The translations under genes were made by a program, and so were the position numbers. A DNA stretch of 62,223 bases, from positions 30,273 to 92,495 of the forward strand of contig MGAO01000037.1 in assembly GCA_001788215.1 (NCBI GenBank), in the 5' to 3' direction. The DNA is from Candidatus Roizmanbacteria bacterium RIFCSPLOWO2_01_FULL_40_14. GTDB taxonomy: Bacteria; Patescibacteriota; Microgenomatia; GCA-001788215; 2-01-FULL-40-14. Shown piece by piece: positions 17,396 to 25,823 of the stretch; positions within the stretch are counted from its first letter, which is position 1; every line of letters starts with the position of its first letter. Under the pieces are notes generated by a model. It ran no database searches, was not told the origin of the DNA, and saw only the letters and a list, made by a program, of their open reading frames with translations.

Positions 17396-19120
17396 ATGAC
17401 CAGTTTTTTTTCGCGTCACTGCGTTTCTCTTCTGCTGATTTTTGTATTCAGTATCGTTTCAACTTATAAATTATTTTCACCCCAATTTTATACTTCACAC
17501 GATGGTGAAGGACATGTTATTCGTATGGAAGAATTTCATGAATCCTTTATGGACGGGCAATTCCCGGTACGTATTGCGAAACGTATTAACTACGGTCTCG
17601 GATATCCCTTTTTTACGTTTAACTATCCCCTGGTTTACTACACGGCTGAAGTTTTTCATCTGTCAGGATTGTCATTTGTTGATAGCTTTAAAGCATTGAT
17701 GATTCTTTCCATTATTGTTTCAGCAACCGGAATGTATCTATTCGTATCGTTATTTTTTAACAAAACAGCAAGTTTATTTTCCTCGTTACTTTATATCATT
17801 GCACCATACCGATTCCTCAATATGTACGTTCGGGGAAACGTTGCTGAGCAATGGGGTCTTGCACTGTTACCGTTTGCATTCTTTTTCGCTGAATATTCAA
17901 TACGAAAGAAAAAGTTTTCGATTATTCCTCTGAGTCTCATATTATCTCTCCTCATATTGAGTCATAATATTACCTCCTTGATTGGTATATCGCTCGTTAC
18001 GTTATATGCAATTTGGCGTAAATATTCTTCGAACGAAGTGAGAAGTTTAATTCGAGTTAATCGAGAAGTTCGCTCCCGCATACTGCGGGATCGAACAATA
18101 ATAAATTATGTAGGTTCTATAGTTGTTGCCTTGTTACTCACCTCTTTTTTCTGGTTGCCCGTCGTTATTGAAGCACCACAAACAAAGTTGTCAGAACTTT
18201 CATATGATTACCGAGATTTTTTCCCAACAGTTCAAGAAATTGTTTATTCCCCGTGGGGATTTGGTCCCTGGAAACCAGGTTCCATTCCCGGAAAAATGTC
18301 ACCTCAGATTGGCGTCGTTCACTTATTAATGGGATTATGTGCGGCTGGTATCATAGCGGTTAAGATCGTTTTCAAAAAGAAAATACAGCTCAGCGATCAG
18401 ATGACTATTGTTTTTTTACTGATTGCAATCGCGTCTGCATTTTTAGCACTTCCGTATTCTCGATTTTTTTGGGATCATATGCCTCTACTCTCATCGGTAC
18501 AGATCCCGTGGCGATTTGTTGGATATATTGTATTGGGATTATCGTTATGCGGCGGGTATATTATTAATTCTATAAATAGAAACACGTTGAAATATGGATT
18601 ATTTACATTCCTTATTGCCTTGTTGGTCTACGCAAATAGAAATCACCTGCGTGTTAACCAATACGTAGACTATCAGAGTCCCTTTTCTGAGAATAAAGTA
18701 ATAGCCATGAGTACCACGTCCAAAGATGAACATATGCCAAAGAAGGCTCCCCGAATATTTGAAGTGCCCGACCAGGACGGCGATATTTTTCCTGAATTGG
18801 CTGGAACCAGTACGCGGATTATCTGGCAATCAAATTATCATATGTTCAACTTGGATCTAGAAAGTAGCGCGGAATTTAGGGATAATACTTCTTACTACCC
18901 GGGATGGATAGCAAAGATAGACGGGAAAGATACGGCGATTCAGTACGAAGAAGATAAATTCTATCGGCTGCGCGTGTCAGTCCCGGATGGGATGCATACA
19001 GTAGAATTTTTTCTGACCGAACCGTGGTATCGGAAATTAGCAAATATCACCAGTGTTTTTACAATAATTGGTTTAGTTAGTATTTCAGTATGGGAAAGAA
19101 AAAAATATTCCTTTTCGTAA
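17396..19120 (+). CDS. PTPS-related / YfhO-like GT-C membrane protein (paralogue 1 of 3)
   Basis: YTSHDGEGHVIRMEEFHESFMDGQFPVRIAKRINYGLGYPFFTFNYPLVYY...RFLNMYVRGNVAEQW...SHN...FWLP...QIPWRF. The C-terminal YYPGWIAKIDGK...DGMHTVEF is like YfhO. The family name is from memory. Confidence 0.6.
   Translation: MTSFFSRHCVSLLLIFVFSIVSTYKLFSPQFYTSHDGEGHVIRMEEFHESFMDGQFPVRIAKRINYGLGYPFFTFNYPLVYYTAEVFHLSGLSFVDSFKALMILSIIVSATGMYLFVSLFFNKTASLFSSLLYIIAPYRFLNMYVRGNVAEQWGLALLPFAFFFAEYSIRKKKFSIIPLSLILSLLILSHNITSLIGISLVTLYAIWRKYSSNEVRSLIRVNREVRSRILRDRTIINYVGSIVVALLLTSFFWLPVVIEAPQTKLSELSYDYRDFFPTVQEIVYSPWGFGPWKPGSIPGKMSPQIGVVHLLMGLCAAGIIAVKIVFKKKIQLSDQMTIVFLLIAIASAFLALPYSRFFWDHMPLLSSVQIPWRFVGYIVLGLSLCGGYIINSINRNTLKYGLFTFLIALLVYANRNHLRVNQYVDYQSPFSENKVIAMSTTSKDEHMPKKAPRIFEVPDQDGDIFPELAGTSTRIIWQSNYHMFNLDLESSAEFRDNTSYYPGWIAKIDGKDTAIQYEEDKFYRLRVSVPDGMHTVEFFLTEPWYRKLANITSVFTIIGLVSISVWERKKYSFS
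18071..18096. repeat. GC-rich hairpin unit lying in frame inside the PTPS-related CDS
   Basis: A perfect 7-bp stem pairs TCCCGCA (18074-18080) with TGCGGGA (18084-18090) around the loop TAC. The reverse strand reads GATCCCGCAGTATGCGGGAGCGAA, the same unit type as at 9151..9285. It lies in a ~16-aa loop insertion (NEVRSLIRVNREVRSRILRD) that the two paralogues lack. Confidence 0.55.
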
Positions 19121-20832
19121 TTTTTGTAGTTGCTGTTGTGCTGCGTTTTTATAGAATCGATTCAATTCCTCCTTCTCTGACGTGGGACGAAGCTGCTTGG
19201 GGATACAATGCCTATTCACTTGGGATGGACGGAAGGGATGAATTCGGACGATTTCTGCCGATTGATTACCTTGAATCATTTGGTGATTATAAACCTCCGT
19301 TATACGCATATCTTACTGTTCTGCCGGTAAAACTGTTTGGGCTAAACGAGTTTGCCGTCAGATTTCCGTCTGCGTTGTTTGGATCGTTGACCGTATTAGT
19401 GACGTATTTTCTGGTGAAGGAGATATTTTTTAGACAAAAGGAGGACAAGAAGGAAAAGATGGACAAGAAAACAGATACAATTTTAAACTACACCCCACTT
19501 GTTACTACTGGATTACTTGCCATTTCTCCGTGGCATATTAATTTATCCCGGGCGGCTTTTGAAGCAAATATCGCCAGTCTTTTTATTATTACCGGAATAT
19601 GGTTATTTTTATATTCTCTTCGTACAAAATCCTGGTTATTGGTTGTTTCCAGTATCTCATTCGTTCTCTCTCTCTATACTTTTAACACGGCGCGTATCGT
19701 TGTTCCTCTCTTGGGCACGATACTGATGGCCGCATTTTTCAAAAAACTCTGGAATATGAAACAAATTGTGGTGACGGCCGGAATTGTTGTCGTAATAATG
19801 AGCATTCCTGTTGTTCGTTTTATGCTTACTCCCCAGGCACAATTGCGGTACCAAGAAGTTAATATTTTTTCAGATCTTTCTATTGTTAAAGATGCGAATA
19901 CTTCTATGCAGACTGATTACAATATTCTTCACGATAAAGGTTACTGTCCTGAATGTGATCCCGTGTCTCAAAAAGAAATTCCATTTTGGTCACGAATCAT
20001 TCATAATCGACGGTATCGATACGCAATCGAATTTATCCGACATTATGTGCACCATTTCCGTCCAAGCTTTTTATTTATTCAAGGAGACGGCAATCCCAAA
20101 TTTTCTACGCAGGATGTTGGTCAGTTCTATCTCTGGAGTGCACCGTTTTTGATACTCGGACTACTTTATTTAATTCGTGAAAAAAGAGGATTCTGGTGGT
20201 TTGTTCCTTTATGGTTACTGATTGGTATTATTCCCGCTGCAACGGCTCGCGAAACACCCCATGCATTACGAATTGAAACAACACTTCCCACGTGGCAAAT
20301 ACTTACTGCATACGGCGTATTAACGGCTTTGTTATTTATAAAACAGCATATACGGAGCGCTTTTTTGAAAAAATCAGCATATAGCATTCTTACTCTCGTT
20401 CTCGCACTGAATGTTTTATATTACCTCCACGGATATTATGTATTTTATCCCAAAGAATACTCAGAGCATTGGCAATATGGATACAAAGAAGCTATAACGT
20501 ATGCACAGTCAGAATATGAAAACTATGATGCGATTGTTGTTACTACTGAATTGGGGAGACCATATATTTATGCGTTATTTTATACCCGGTTTAGCCCAAT
20601 TAAGTTTCGATCTACCGCTCAAATTGAGCGCGAAGTGTATGGATTTGTGCACGTTAATCAGTTCGATAAGTTTTATTTTACCAATGATACGCATACGACG
20701 GCGCGAAAGTTTAAACATCCGCTCGTTATTGATGTACCCAATAATGTTCCTGACAAAGTGCCCGTTATCAAAACATTTAATTTGTTAAGCGGTGAACCGG
20801 CACTCGTTTCCTACACCTATACATTATTATGA
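19090..20832 (+). CDS. PMT_2/GT39-like GT-C glycosyltransferase (paralogue 2 of 5; first of tandem four)
   Basis: LRFYRIDSIPPSLTWDEAAWGYNAYSLGMDGRDEFG...FGDYKPPLYAYL...EFAVRFPSALFGSLTVLVTYFLVKE...ISPWHINLSRAAFEAN...HNRRYRY...HFRPSFLF..GDGNPKF...ETPHALR...WQYGYKEA...RPYIYALFYTRF. Confidence 0.8.
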   Translation: MGKKKIFLFVIFVVAVVLRFYRIDSIPPSLTWDEAAWGYNAYSLGMDGRDEFGRFLPIDYLESFGDYKPPLYAYLTVLPVKLFGLNEFAVRFPSALFGSLTVLVTYFLVKEIFFRQKEDKKEKMDKKTDTILNYTPLVTTGLLAISPWHINLSRAAFEANIASLFIITGIWLFLYSLRTKSWLLVVSSISFVLSLYTFNTARIVVPLLGTILMAAFFKKLWNMKQIVVTAGIVVVIMSIPVVRFMLTPQAQLRYQEVNIFSDLSIVKDANTSMQTDYNILHDKGYCPECDPVSQKEIPFWSRIIHNRRYRYAIEFIRHYVHHFRPSFLFIQGDGNPKFSTQDVGQFYLWSAPFLILGLLYLIREKRGFWWFVPLWLLIGIIPAATARETPHALRIETTLPTWQILTAYGVLTALLFIKQHIRSAFLKKSAYSILTLVLALNVLYYLHGYYVFYPKEYSEHWQYGYKEAITYAQSEYENYDAIVVTTELGRPYIYALFYTRFSPIKFRSTAQIEREVYGFVHVNQFDKFYFTNDTHTTARKFKHPLVIDVPNNVPDKVPVIKTFNLLSGEPALVSYTYTLL

Positions 20833-22490
20833 AAAAACAAACGTTTCTTTTTCTGATCATTATCATTGTTGCCGCTCTACTGAGATTTTGGCAATTGGGA
20901 AAGGTTCCTGTATCTCTTAATTGGGATGAAGTAGCACTTGGTTACAATGCCTACTCGGTTATGCAAACCGGAAAAGATGAATTTGGACAGTCATTTCCGA
21001 TTCTCCTTCGCTCATACGATGATTATAAGCCGGCCTTCTATATGTATTTAATTATGCCGCTTATTTCGCTGTTTGGATTGTCTGAAGTGGCAGTTCGTTT
21101 ACCTTCAGCAATGGCGGGAGTTGTGGGAGTTGTTCTGACATACTTTCTCACAAAAGAGTTAATGAAGGACCAGAGGGAAAGGAAGGACAAGAAAAAAATT
21201 ACGAATTATCTCCCACTACTCACTTCATTTCTTCTTGCTATTTCTCCCTGGCACATCCAGTTCTCGCGGGCGGCTTTTGAAGCGAATGTTTCGCTCATGT
21301 TTACCCTAGCCGGAATTTTATTATTATTAAAATCGATAAGGAATTCTTTCTATCTCATTCCAGCCGCCATTCTATTTTCTCTGACGTATTACACCTATCA
21401 GAGTGCTAAAGTATTTACCACGCTGTTGGTTGGGTTACTCATTGTGTTGTATTGGAAAGACAGAATCAAAATTGATCGTATTCGCATAGTCTCTGGACTT
21501 CTATTTATTTTACTAAGTGTTCCCTTTTTCTGGGTGACACTGACTAATCCCGATGCGCTTCTACGAGCTAAAGGAGTAAGTGTATTTACTGAAGAAAATC
21601 CACGGTATGCCAAAAGTATTGTTCGCATTGCTGAGTCATATGAACAGAAAGACGTTTTCGGCATAGTATTAAATAATAGACGCATTGTTCACGGAATTAA
21701 TGTGGTAAATGGTTATCTTTCCCATTTCAATCCCGAATGGCTGTTTTTGCCAGGGACACAGTATCGATTTCAGGCGCCGGGTACCGGATTGCTGTACTTA
21801 TTTGAGATGCCTTTTATGTTGGTTGGCATATATTCGTTTGTATTTGGACCATTCTCTCGAAAGACGAAATTATTGGTATTCGGCATTATTGCACTTACTC
21901 CAATTGCAGCCTCTATCACGCGAGATGTCCCTCATCCGATTCGGGTACTAACATTTTTACCCATGTTTCAATTATTAACGGCACTTGGGCTTATTACGAT
22001 CATTCTCTGGCTTGGGAAAAGACATATGATTTTCCGATGGGGAGGATATATGATTATTGTACTGTTAGCTTTCTTAAACGTTGCGCAATACCTCGATAAC
22101 TATTTTATCCAATATAATAGGATTGGATCTACCGTATGGCAATATGGGTATAAAGAAGCTACGGCAAAAGTCAAAGAATTAGAAAATAAGTACGATAAAA
22201 TCGTATTTTCAAATATTGAACCACTTGAACAATCATATATGTTTTATCTTTTCTACTCACAATATGATCCTAAAACGTACTTAGAACAAGGAGGAACGGT
22301 ATCCGGTGGATTTGCCGAGCCGCATGCATTTGGAAAGTATGAATTCAGACCTATTACCCCTGAAGATAACAAACAAAATATATTACTTATTGGAAGACCC
22401 GCAGATATTCCTGAAACTGCCCGCCAAATAAATATTATTGAATATCTTGAAGGAACACCGGCCATCGTTATTGCTGATGGAAATTCGTAA
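20829..22490 (+). CDS. PMT_2/GT39-like GT-C glycosyltransferase (paralogue 3 of 5)
   Basis: It carries the same motif set (NWDEVALGYNAYS, YDDYKPAFYMY, ISPWHIQFSRAAFEAN, NNRRIVH, HFNPEWLF, WQYGYKEA, YMFYLFYSQYDPKTY). ATGA overlap with the upstream paralogue. Confidence 0.8.
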   Translation: MKKQTFLFLIIIIVAALLRFWQLGKVPVSLNWDEVALGYNAYSVMQTGKDEFGQSFPILLRSYDDYKPAFYMYLIMPLISLFGLSEVAVRLPSAMAGVVGVVLTYFLTKELMKDQRERKDKKKITNYLPLLTSFLLAISPWHIQFSRAAFEANVSLMFTLAGILLLLKSIRNSFYLIPAAILFSLTYYTYQSAKVFTTLLVGLLIVLYWKDRIKIDRIRIVSGLLFILLSVPFFWVTLTNPDALLRAKGVSVFTEENPRYAKSIVRIAESYEQKDVFGIVLNNRRIVHGINVVNGYLSHFNPEWLFLPGTQYRFQAPGTGLLYLFEMPFMLVGIYSFVFGPFSRKTKLLVFGIIALTPIAASITRDVPHPIRVLTFLPMFQLLTALGLITIILWLGKRHMIFRWGGYMIIVLLAFLNVAQYLDNYFIQYNRIGSTVWQYGYKEATAKVKELENKYDKIVFSNIEPLEQSYMFYLFYSQYDPKTYLEQGGTVSGGFAEPHAFGKYEFRPITPEDNKQNILLIGRPADIPETARQINIIEYLEGTPAIVIADGNS

Positions 22491-22491
22491 C

Positions 22492-24156
22492 ATGCGTCAC
22501 GCTTTCTTGTTCATTATTGTTGTATTAGCATTATTTCTCCGCCTGTGGCAATTGGATAGCGTTCCACCAGCACCGTCACTCGATGAAGTTTCCATTGGGT
22601 GGAATGCCTATTCTATTATGAAAACGGGATCTGATGAGTACGGCACGCCATTCCCATTGCTCCTGCGCGCGTACGATGATTGGAGACCCATTCTCTATGT
22701 CTATTTAGTTATGCCGTTTGTTTGGTTATTTGGGTTGACTGCTGTTTCTGTACGGCTGCCTTCCGTGATATTGAGTGTCCTGTCAGTAGTAGCAACGTAT
22801 TTTCTCGTCAAGGAGTTGTTGAGGGATAAGATGGACAAGAAGGAAAAGGTGGACAGAAAAGAAATTACGAATTACATCGCACTGCTTGCTGCTGGATTTG
22901 TAGCTATTTCTCCGTGGCACATCTATATTTCCCGTCTTGGCCATGAAGTAAATGCAGGTACAGCATTTCTGATATTCGCACTCCTATTCTTTTTCAGGAA
23001 ATCATATATTTTAGCATCATTATTTTTTTCTTTGTCATTTATGAGTTATCAATCAGAAAAAATTATCGTTCCACTCGTTGTCATTTCACTCGCTCTTTTA
23101 TTTTATAAAGAGATGCTGCAAAGAAAAAAACAGGTTATTCTCGCCGTCATTCTTGGTATGGTGATTACCATTCCATTTCTTTTTGTTTCATTCCAGCCAG
23201 ACGCGTTAATTCGTTTTAAAGGAACTAATATTCTCTCAGCAAACGAGCAGGAGTTTATTGATCATGCCATTAAACGGAAGGAAGCGATAGAACAGGGAGA
23301 TCTTATGGGTATCATCCGTCATAACCGTCGAATTGTCTCCGTTGAAATAATTGCTCAACAATATTTTTCACATTTTAATCCGAATTGGTTGTTTATTAAT
23401 AGAGGCCATGAAGCGCATAAAGTGCCCCATATGGGAATCCTCTGGATAGGGGAAGGAGTACTGTTAGTTATAGGATTATTTGCTTTGTATAAGCGTTATA
23501 TTCCCTTGAGAAGTGGCATCGTATTGCTCATATTGATTCTTACGGCATCTCTTCCGGCTTCAATTACGACGGGAGCACCTCATGCGATGCGATCATTTAC
23601 GGCTGTTCCTGCTGTACAGATTCTTGCGGGAGTAGGAGCAGTTTTTATGTACCAATCATTAGGGATATTAGGGAATTTAGGGATTTATGTTAGAAAATTG
23701 AGCATCGGACTTCTCGCAATACTGGCCCTTTTCAGTATCAGGGCTTTTTACATCAACTACTTTTATGTATTTCCTCAAGAACAATCAGATTCATTTCAAT
23801 ACTCTCTGAGTCGCGCAATTTCGTATGTCAAAGAGCATGAATACCAGTATGACCATATCGTATTTTCAAACGAAGACGATTTGTATCAATCGTATATGTT
23901 TTATTTATTCAACACAAAATATGATCCCGAGAAATATCAAAAAGAGGGTGGAACTATTTCGGGAGGATATGCTGAATCGCATATGTTTAATAAATATGAA
24001 TTCAGACCGATCGTCTGGGAAACTGAAGATAAGGCTGATACAATATTATATATTGGCAATATTCATGATTTTCCCGAAACCATTTCACCGTTAGAAACAA
24101 TAGTGCGTTTAAATGGGGAACCGTCTATCGCTATTGTTGCCAATCCATCTTTATGA
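22492..24156 (+). CDS. PMT_2/GT39-like GT-C glycosyltransferase (paralogue 4 of 5)
   Basis: ATG 22492 lies 1 nt after the upstream stop (MRHAFLF...). Motifs: SLDEVSIGWNAYS, YDDWRPILYVY, ISPWHIYISRLGHEVN, HNRRIVS, HFNPNWLF, APHAMR, YMFYLFNTKYDPEKY. Confidence 0.8.
   Translation: MRHAFLFIIVVLALFLRLWQLDSVPPAPSLDEVSIGWNAYSIMKTGSDEYGTPFPLLLRAYDDWRPILYVYLVMPFVWLFGLTAVSVRLPSVILSVLSVVATYFLVKELLRDKMDKKEKVDRKEITNYIALLAAGFVAISPWHIYISRLGHEVNAGTAFLIFALLFFFRKSYILASLFFSLSFMSYQSEKIIVPLVVISLALLFYKEMLQRKKQVILAVILGMVITIPFLFVSFQPDALIRFKGTNILSANEQEFIDHAIKRKEAIEQGDLMGIIRHNRRIVSVEIIAQQYFSHFNPNWLFINRGHEAHKVPHMGILWIGEGVLLVIGLFALYKRYIPLRSGIVLLILILTASLPASITTGAPHAMRSFTAVPAVQILAGVGAVFMYQSLGILGNLGIYVRKLSIGLLAILALFSIRAFYINYFYVFPQEQSDSFQYSLSRAISYVKEHEYQYDHIVFSNEDDLYQSYMFYLFNTKYDPEKYQKEGGTISGGYAESHMFNKYEFRPIVWETEDKADTILYIGNIHDFPETISPLETIVRLNGEPSIAIVANPSL
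23659..23685. repeat. 3 x 9-bp tandem repeat TTAGGGNNN inside a PMT_2 paralogue (translated LGILGNLGI)
   Basis: TTAGGG starts at 23659, 23668 and 23677, an exact 9-nt period. It matches the array at 4855..4881 but is read in a different frame. Confidence 0.6.
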
Positions 24157-25811
24157 AAATATTCTCATTCATATACGACAAAAAAATAGTGTGGCTATCA
24201 CTTCTTACTATTGTGCTGATGGGATCGTCCCTGCGGTTTTATAAACTCGGCGCTATTCCCAACTCTCTGAATTGGGATGAAGTGTCGTGGGGATATAACG
24301 GATATTCGATCGCTGAAACAGGGAGAGATGAATGGGGAAATCTCTTTCCCTTATCTTTTAAAGCATTCGGTGATTATAAACAGCCGGTGTATGTATATCT
24401 GACGGCACTATCTATCAAATTATTTGGATTGACTCCTTTTGCTGTTCGTTTTCCCTCAGCGTTATTGGGGTCGCTTACCGTATTAGTGACGTACTTTCTT
24501 GTAAAGGAATTACTGATGGACAAGGAAGAACAGGAGGACAAGAATTTAGTTACAAAATACGTCCCGTTGCTCACTGCTGGATTACTTGCTCTTTCTCCCT
24601 GGCATATACAATTTTCACGGGTCGCATATGAAGCAAATGTGGGATTATTTTTTGTCATTCTTGGCGTCTGGATGTTTATAAAAGGAATTAACAAGAAATC
24701 ATGGCAGTTGTTATACGGAAGTATTATTTCCTTAACTCTGAGTGCCATGACGTACCACAGTGAAAAAATATTTACACCGATATTGTTCGTCGGACTACTC
24801 ATGTATGGCTATCGGTTTTTAGTTTTGAATAAGCGTCTCGCATTTGGATTGGCTGTATTGTTTATCGTTCTTAATAGTATTTGGGCACTCGATTTCAGAA
24901 CAACGGCACGGGGCAGAAGTGTTACCATTTTTTCAAATCAGACAAAAGTACTGGCTCCTTCAATAGAATATATTGAATTCGATCGACAAAATAATGATAT
25001 TCTCGGTGTTGTATTACACAATAGAAGAGTTGTATATGCTCTCAAATATGCAGAAAATTATCTTGCTCACTTCAATCCCGTTTTTTTGTTTATAACCGGT
25101 GATGATGTACGGCATCATGCGCCCGGCATGGGAGTTTTATATATGGTGTCATTGCCGTTTATCCTCCTGGGATTCAGAAATATAGTATTGCAGTCGGGCA
25201 GGGGAGGGAAGCTACTTTTATTCTGGTTTTTCTTGAGCCCTGTTGCTGCCGCGCTTGCCATTGATGCGCCCAATGCGTCCCGTAGTCTTATTTTTTTACC
25301 GACGTGGCAGGTATTTGAAGCAATAGGATTGTTATCTTTTTTAAGATACTTATTTACGTTAAAACATACATGGATTTCAAAACTGGTTGTTAGCTTGATC
25401 ATAGTATTAATTGCGGGAAATGTGCTCTACTATATCCATCACTATTTTGTTCATACCAATCATGAATACCAGCGGGCATGGCAATACGGATACAAAGAGG
25501 CTATTACTTTGATTTCGAACTATTCAGACAAACGCGTCTTTTTTGATACTTCTATAGAACAAGCATATATCTTTTACTTATTTAATACAAAATATGATCC
25601 GGCGAGGTATATTGCAGAAGGTGGCTCAGAGCGTAGATTGTCAGATTGCTATTCAATTAATATTGCCTACTTCGGAAACTGCACACAGAATATATTTTCT
25701 GGAGATATCCTCGTGAGTGCGGAGCGCAAAGATGAAAATTTGTATGATATAGTCGATCAAGTGTTATATAGTACGAGAAAACCAGCGGTTTATATATTAC
25801 AAAAGCGCTGA
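24153..25811 (+). CDS. PMT_2/GT39-like GT-C glycosyltransferase (paralogue 5 of 5)
   Basis: NWDEVSWGYNGYS, FGDYKQPVYVYL, FAVRFPSALLGSLTVLVTYFLVKE, LSPWHIQFSRVAYEAN, HNRRVVY, HFNPVFLF, WQYGYKEA, YIFYLFNTKYDPARY. ATGA overlap with the upstream gene. Confidence 0.8.
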   Translation: MKIFSFIYDKKIVWLSLLTIVLMGSSLRFYKLGAIPNSLNWDEVSWGYNGYSIAETGRDEWGNLFPLSFKAFGDYKQPVYVYLTALSIKLFGLTPFAVRFPSALLGSLTVLVTYFLVKELLMDKEEQEDKNLVTKYVPLLTAGLLALSPWHIQFSRVAYEANVGLFFVILGVWMFIKGINKKSWQLLYGSIISLTLSAMTYHSEKIFTPILFVGLLMYGYRFLVLNKRLAFGLAVLFIVLNSIWALDFRTTARGRSVTIFSNQTKVLAPSIEYIEFDRQNNDILGVVLHNRRVVYALKYAENYLAHFNPVFLFITGDDVRHHAPGMGVLYMVSLPFILLGFRNIVLQSGRGGKLLLFWFFLSPVAAALAIDAPNASRSLIFLPTWQVFEAIGLLSFLRYLFTLKHTWISKLVVSLIIVLIAGNVLYYIHHYFVHTNHEYQRAWQYGYKEAITLISNYSDKRVFFDTSIEQAYIFYLFNTKYDPARYIAEGGSERRLSDCYSINIAYFGNCTQNIFSGDILVSAERKDENLYDIVDQVLYSTRKPAVYILQKR

Positions 25812-25823
25812 TTCATAAATTAC

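Noticed and set aside
22438-22491. Upstream start for the fourth PMT_2 paralogue, overlapping the previous gene by 53 nt (similar cases: 6502, 27482, 28733, 50634, 54016, 57093)
   Set aside because: In each case an ATG lies within a few nt of the upstream stop, and the paralogue or homologue alignment begins there. The longer versions are read-through of the preceding gene's 3' end in another frame.
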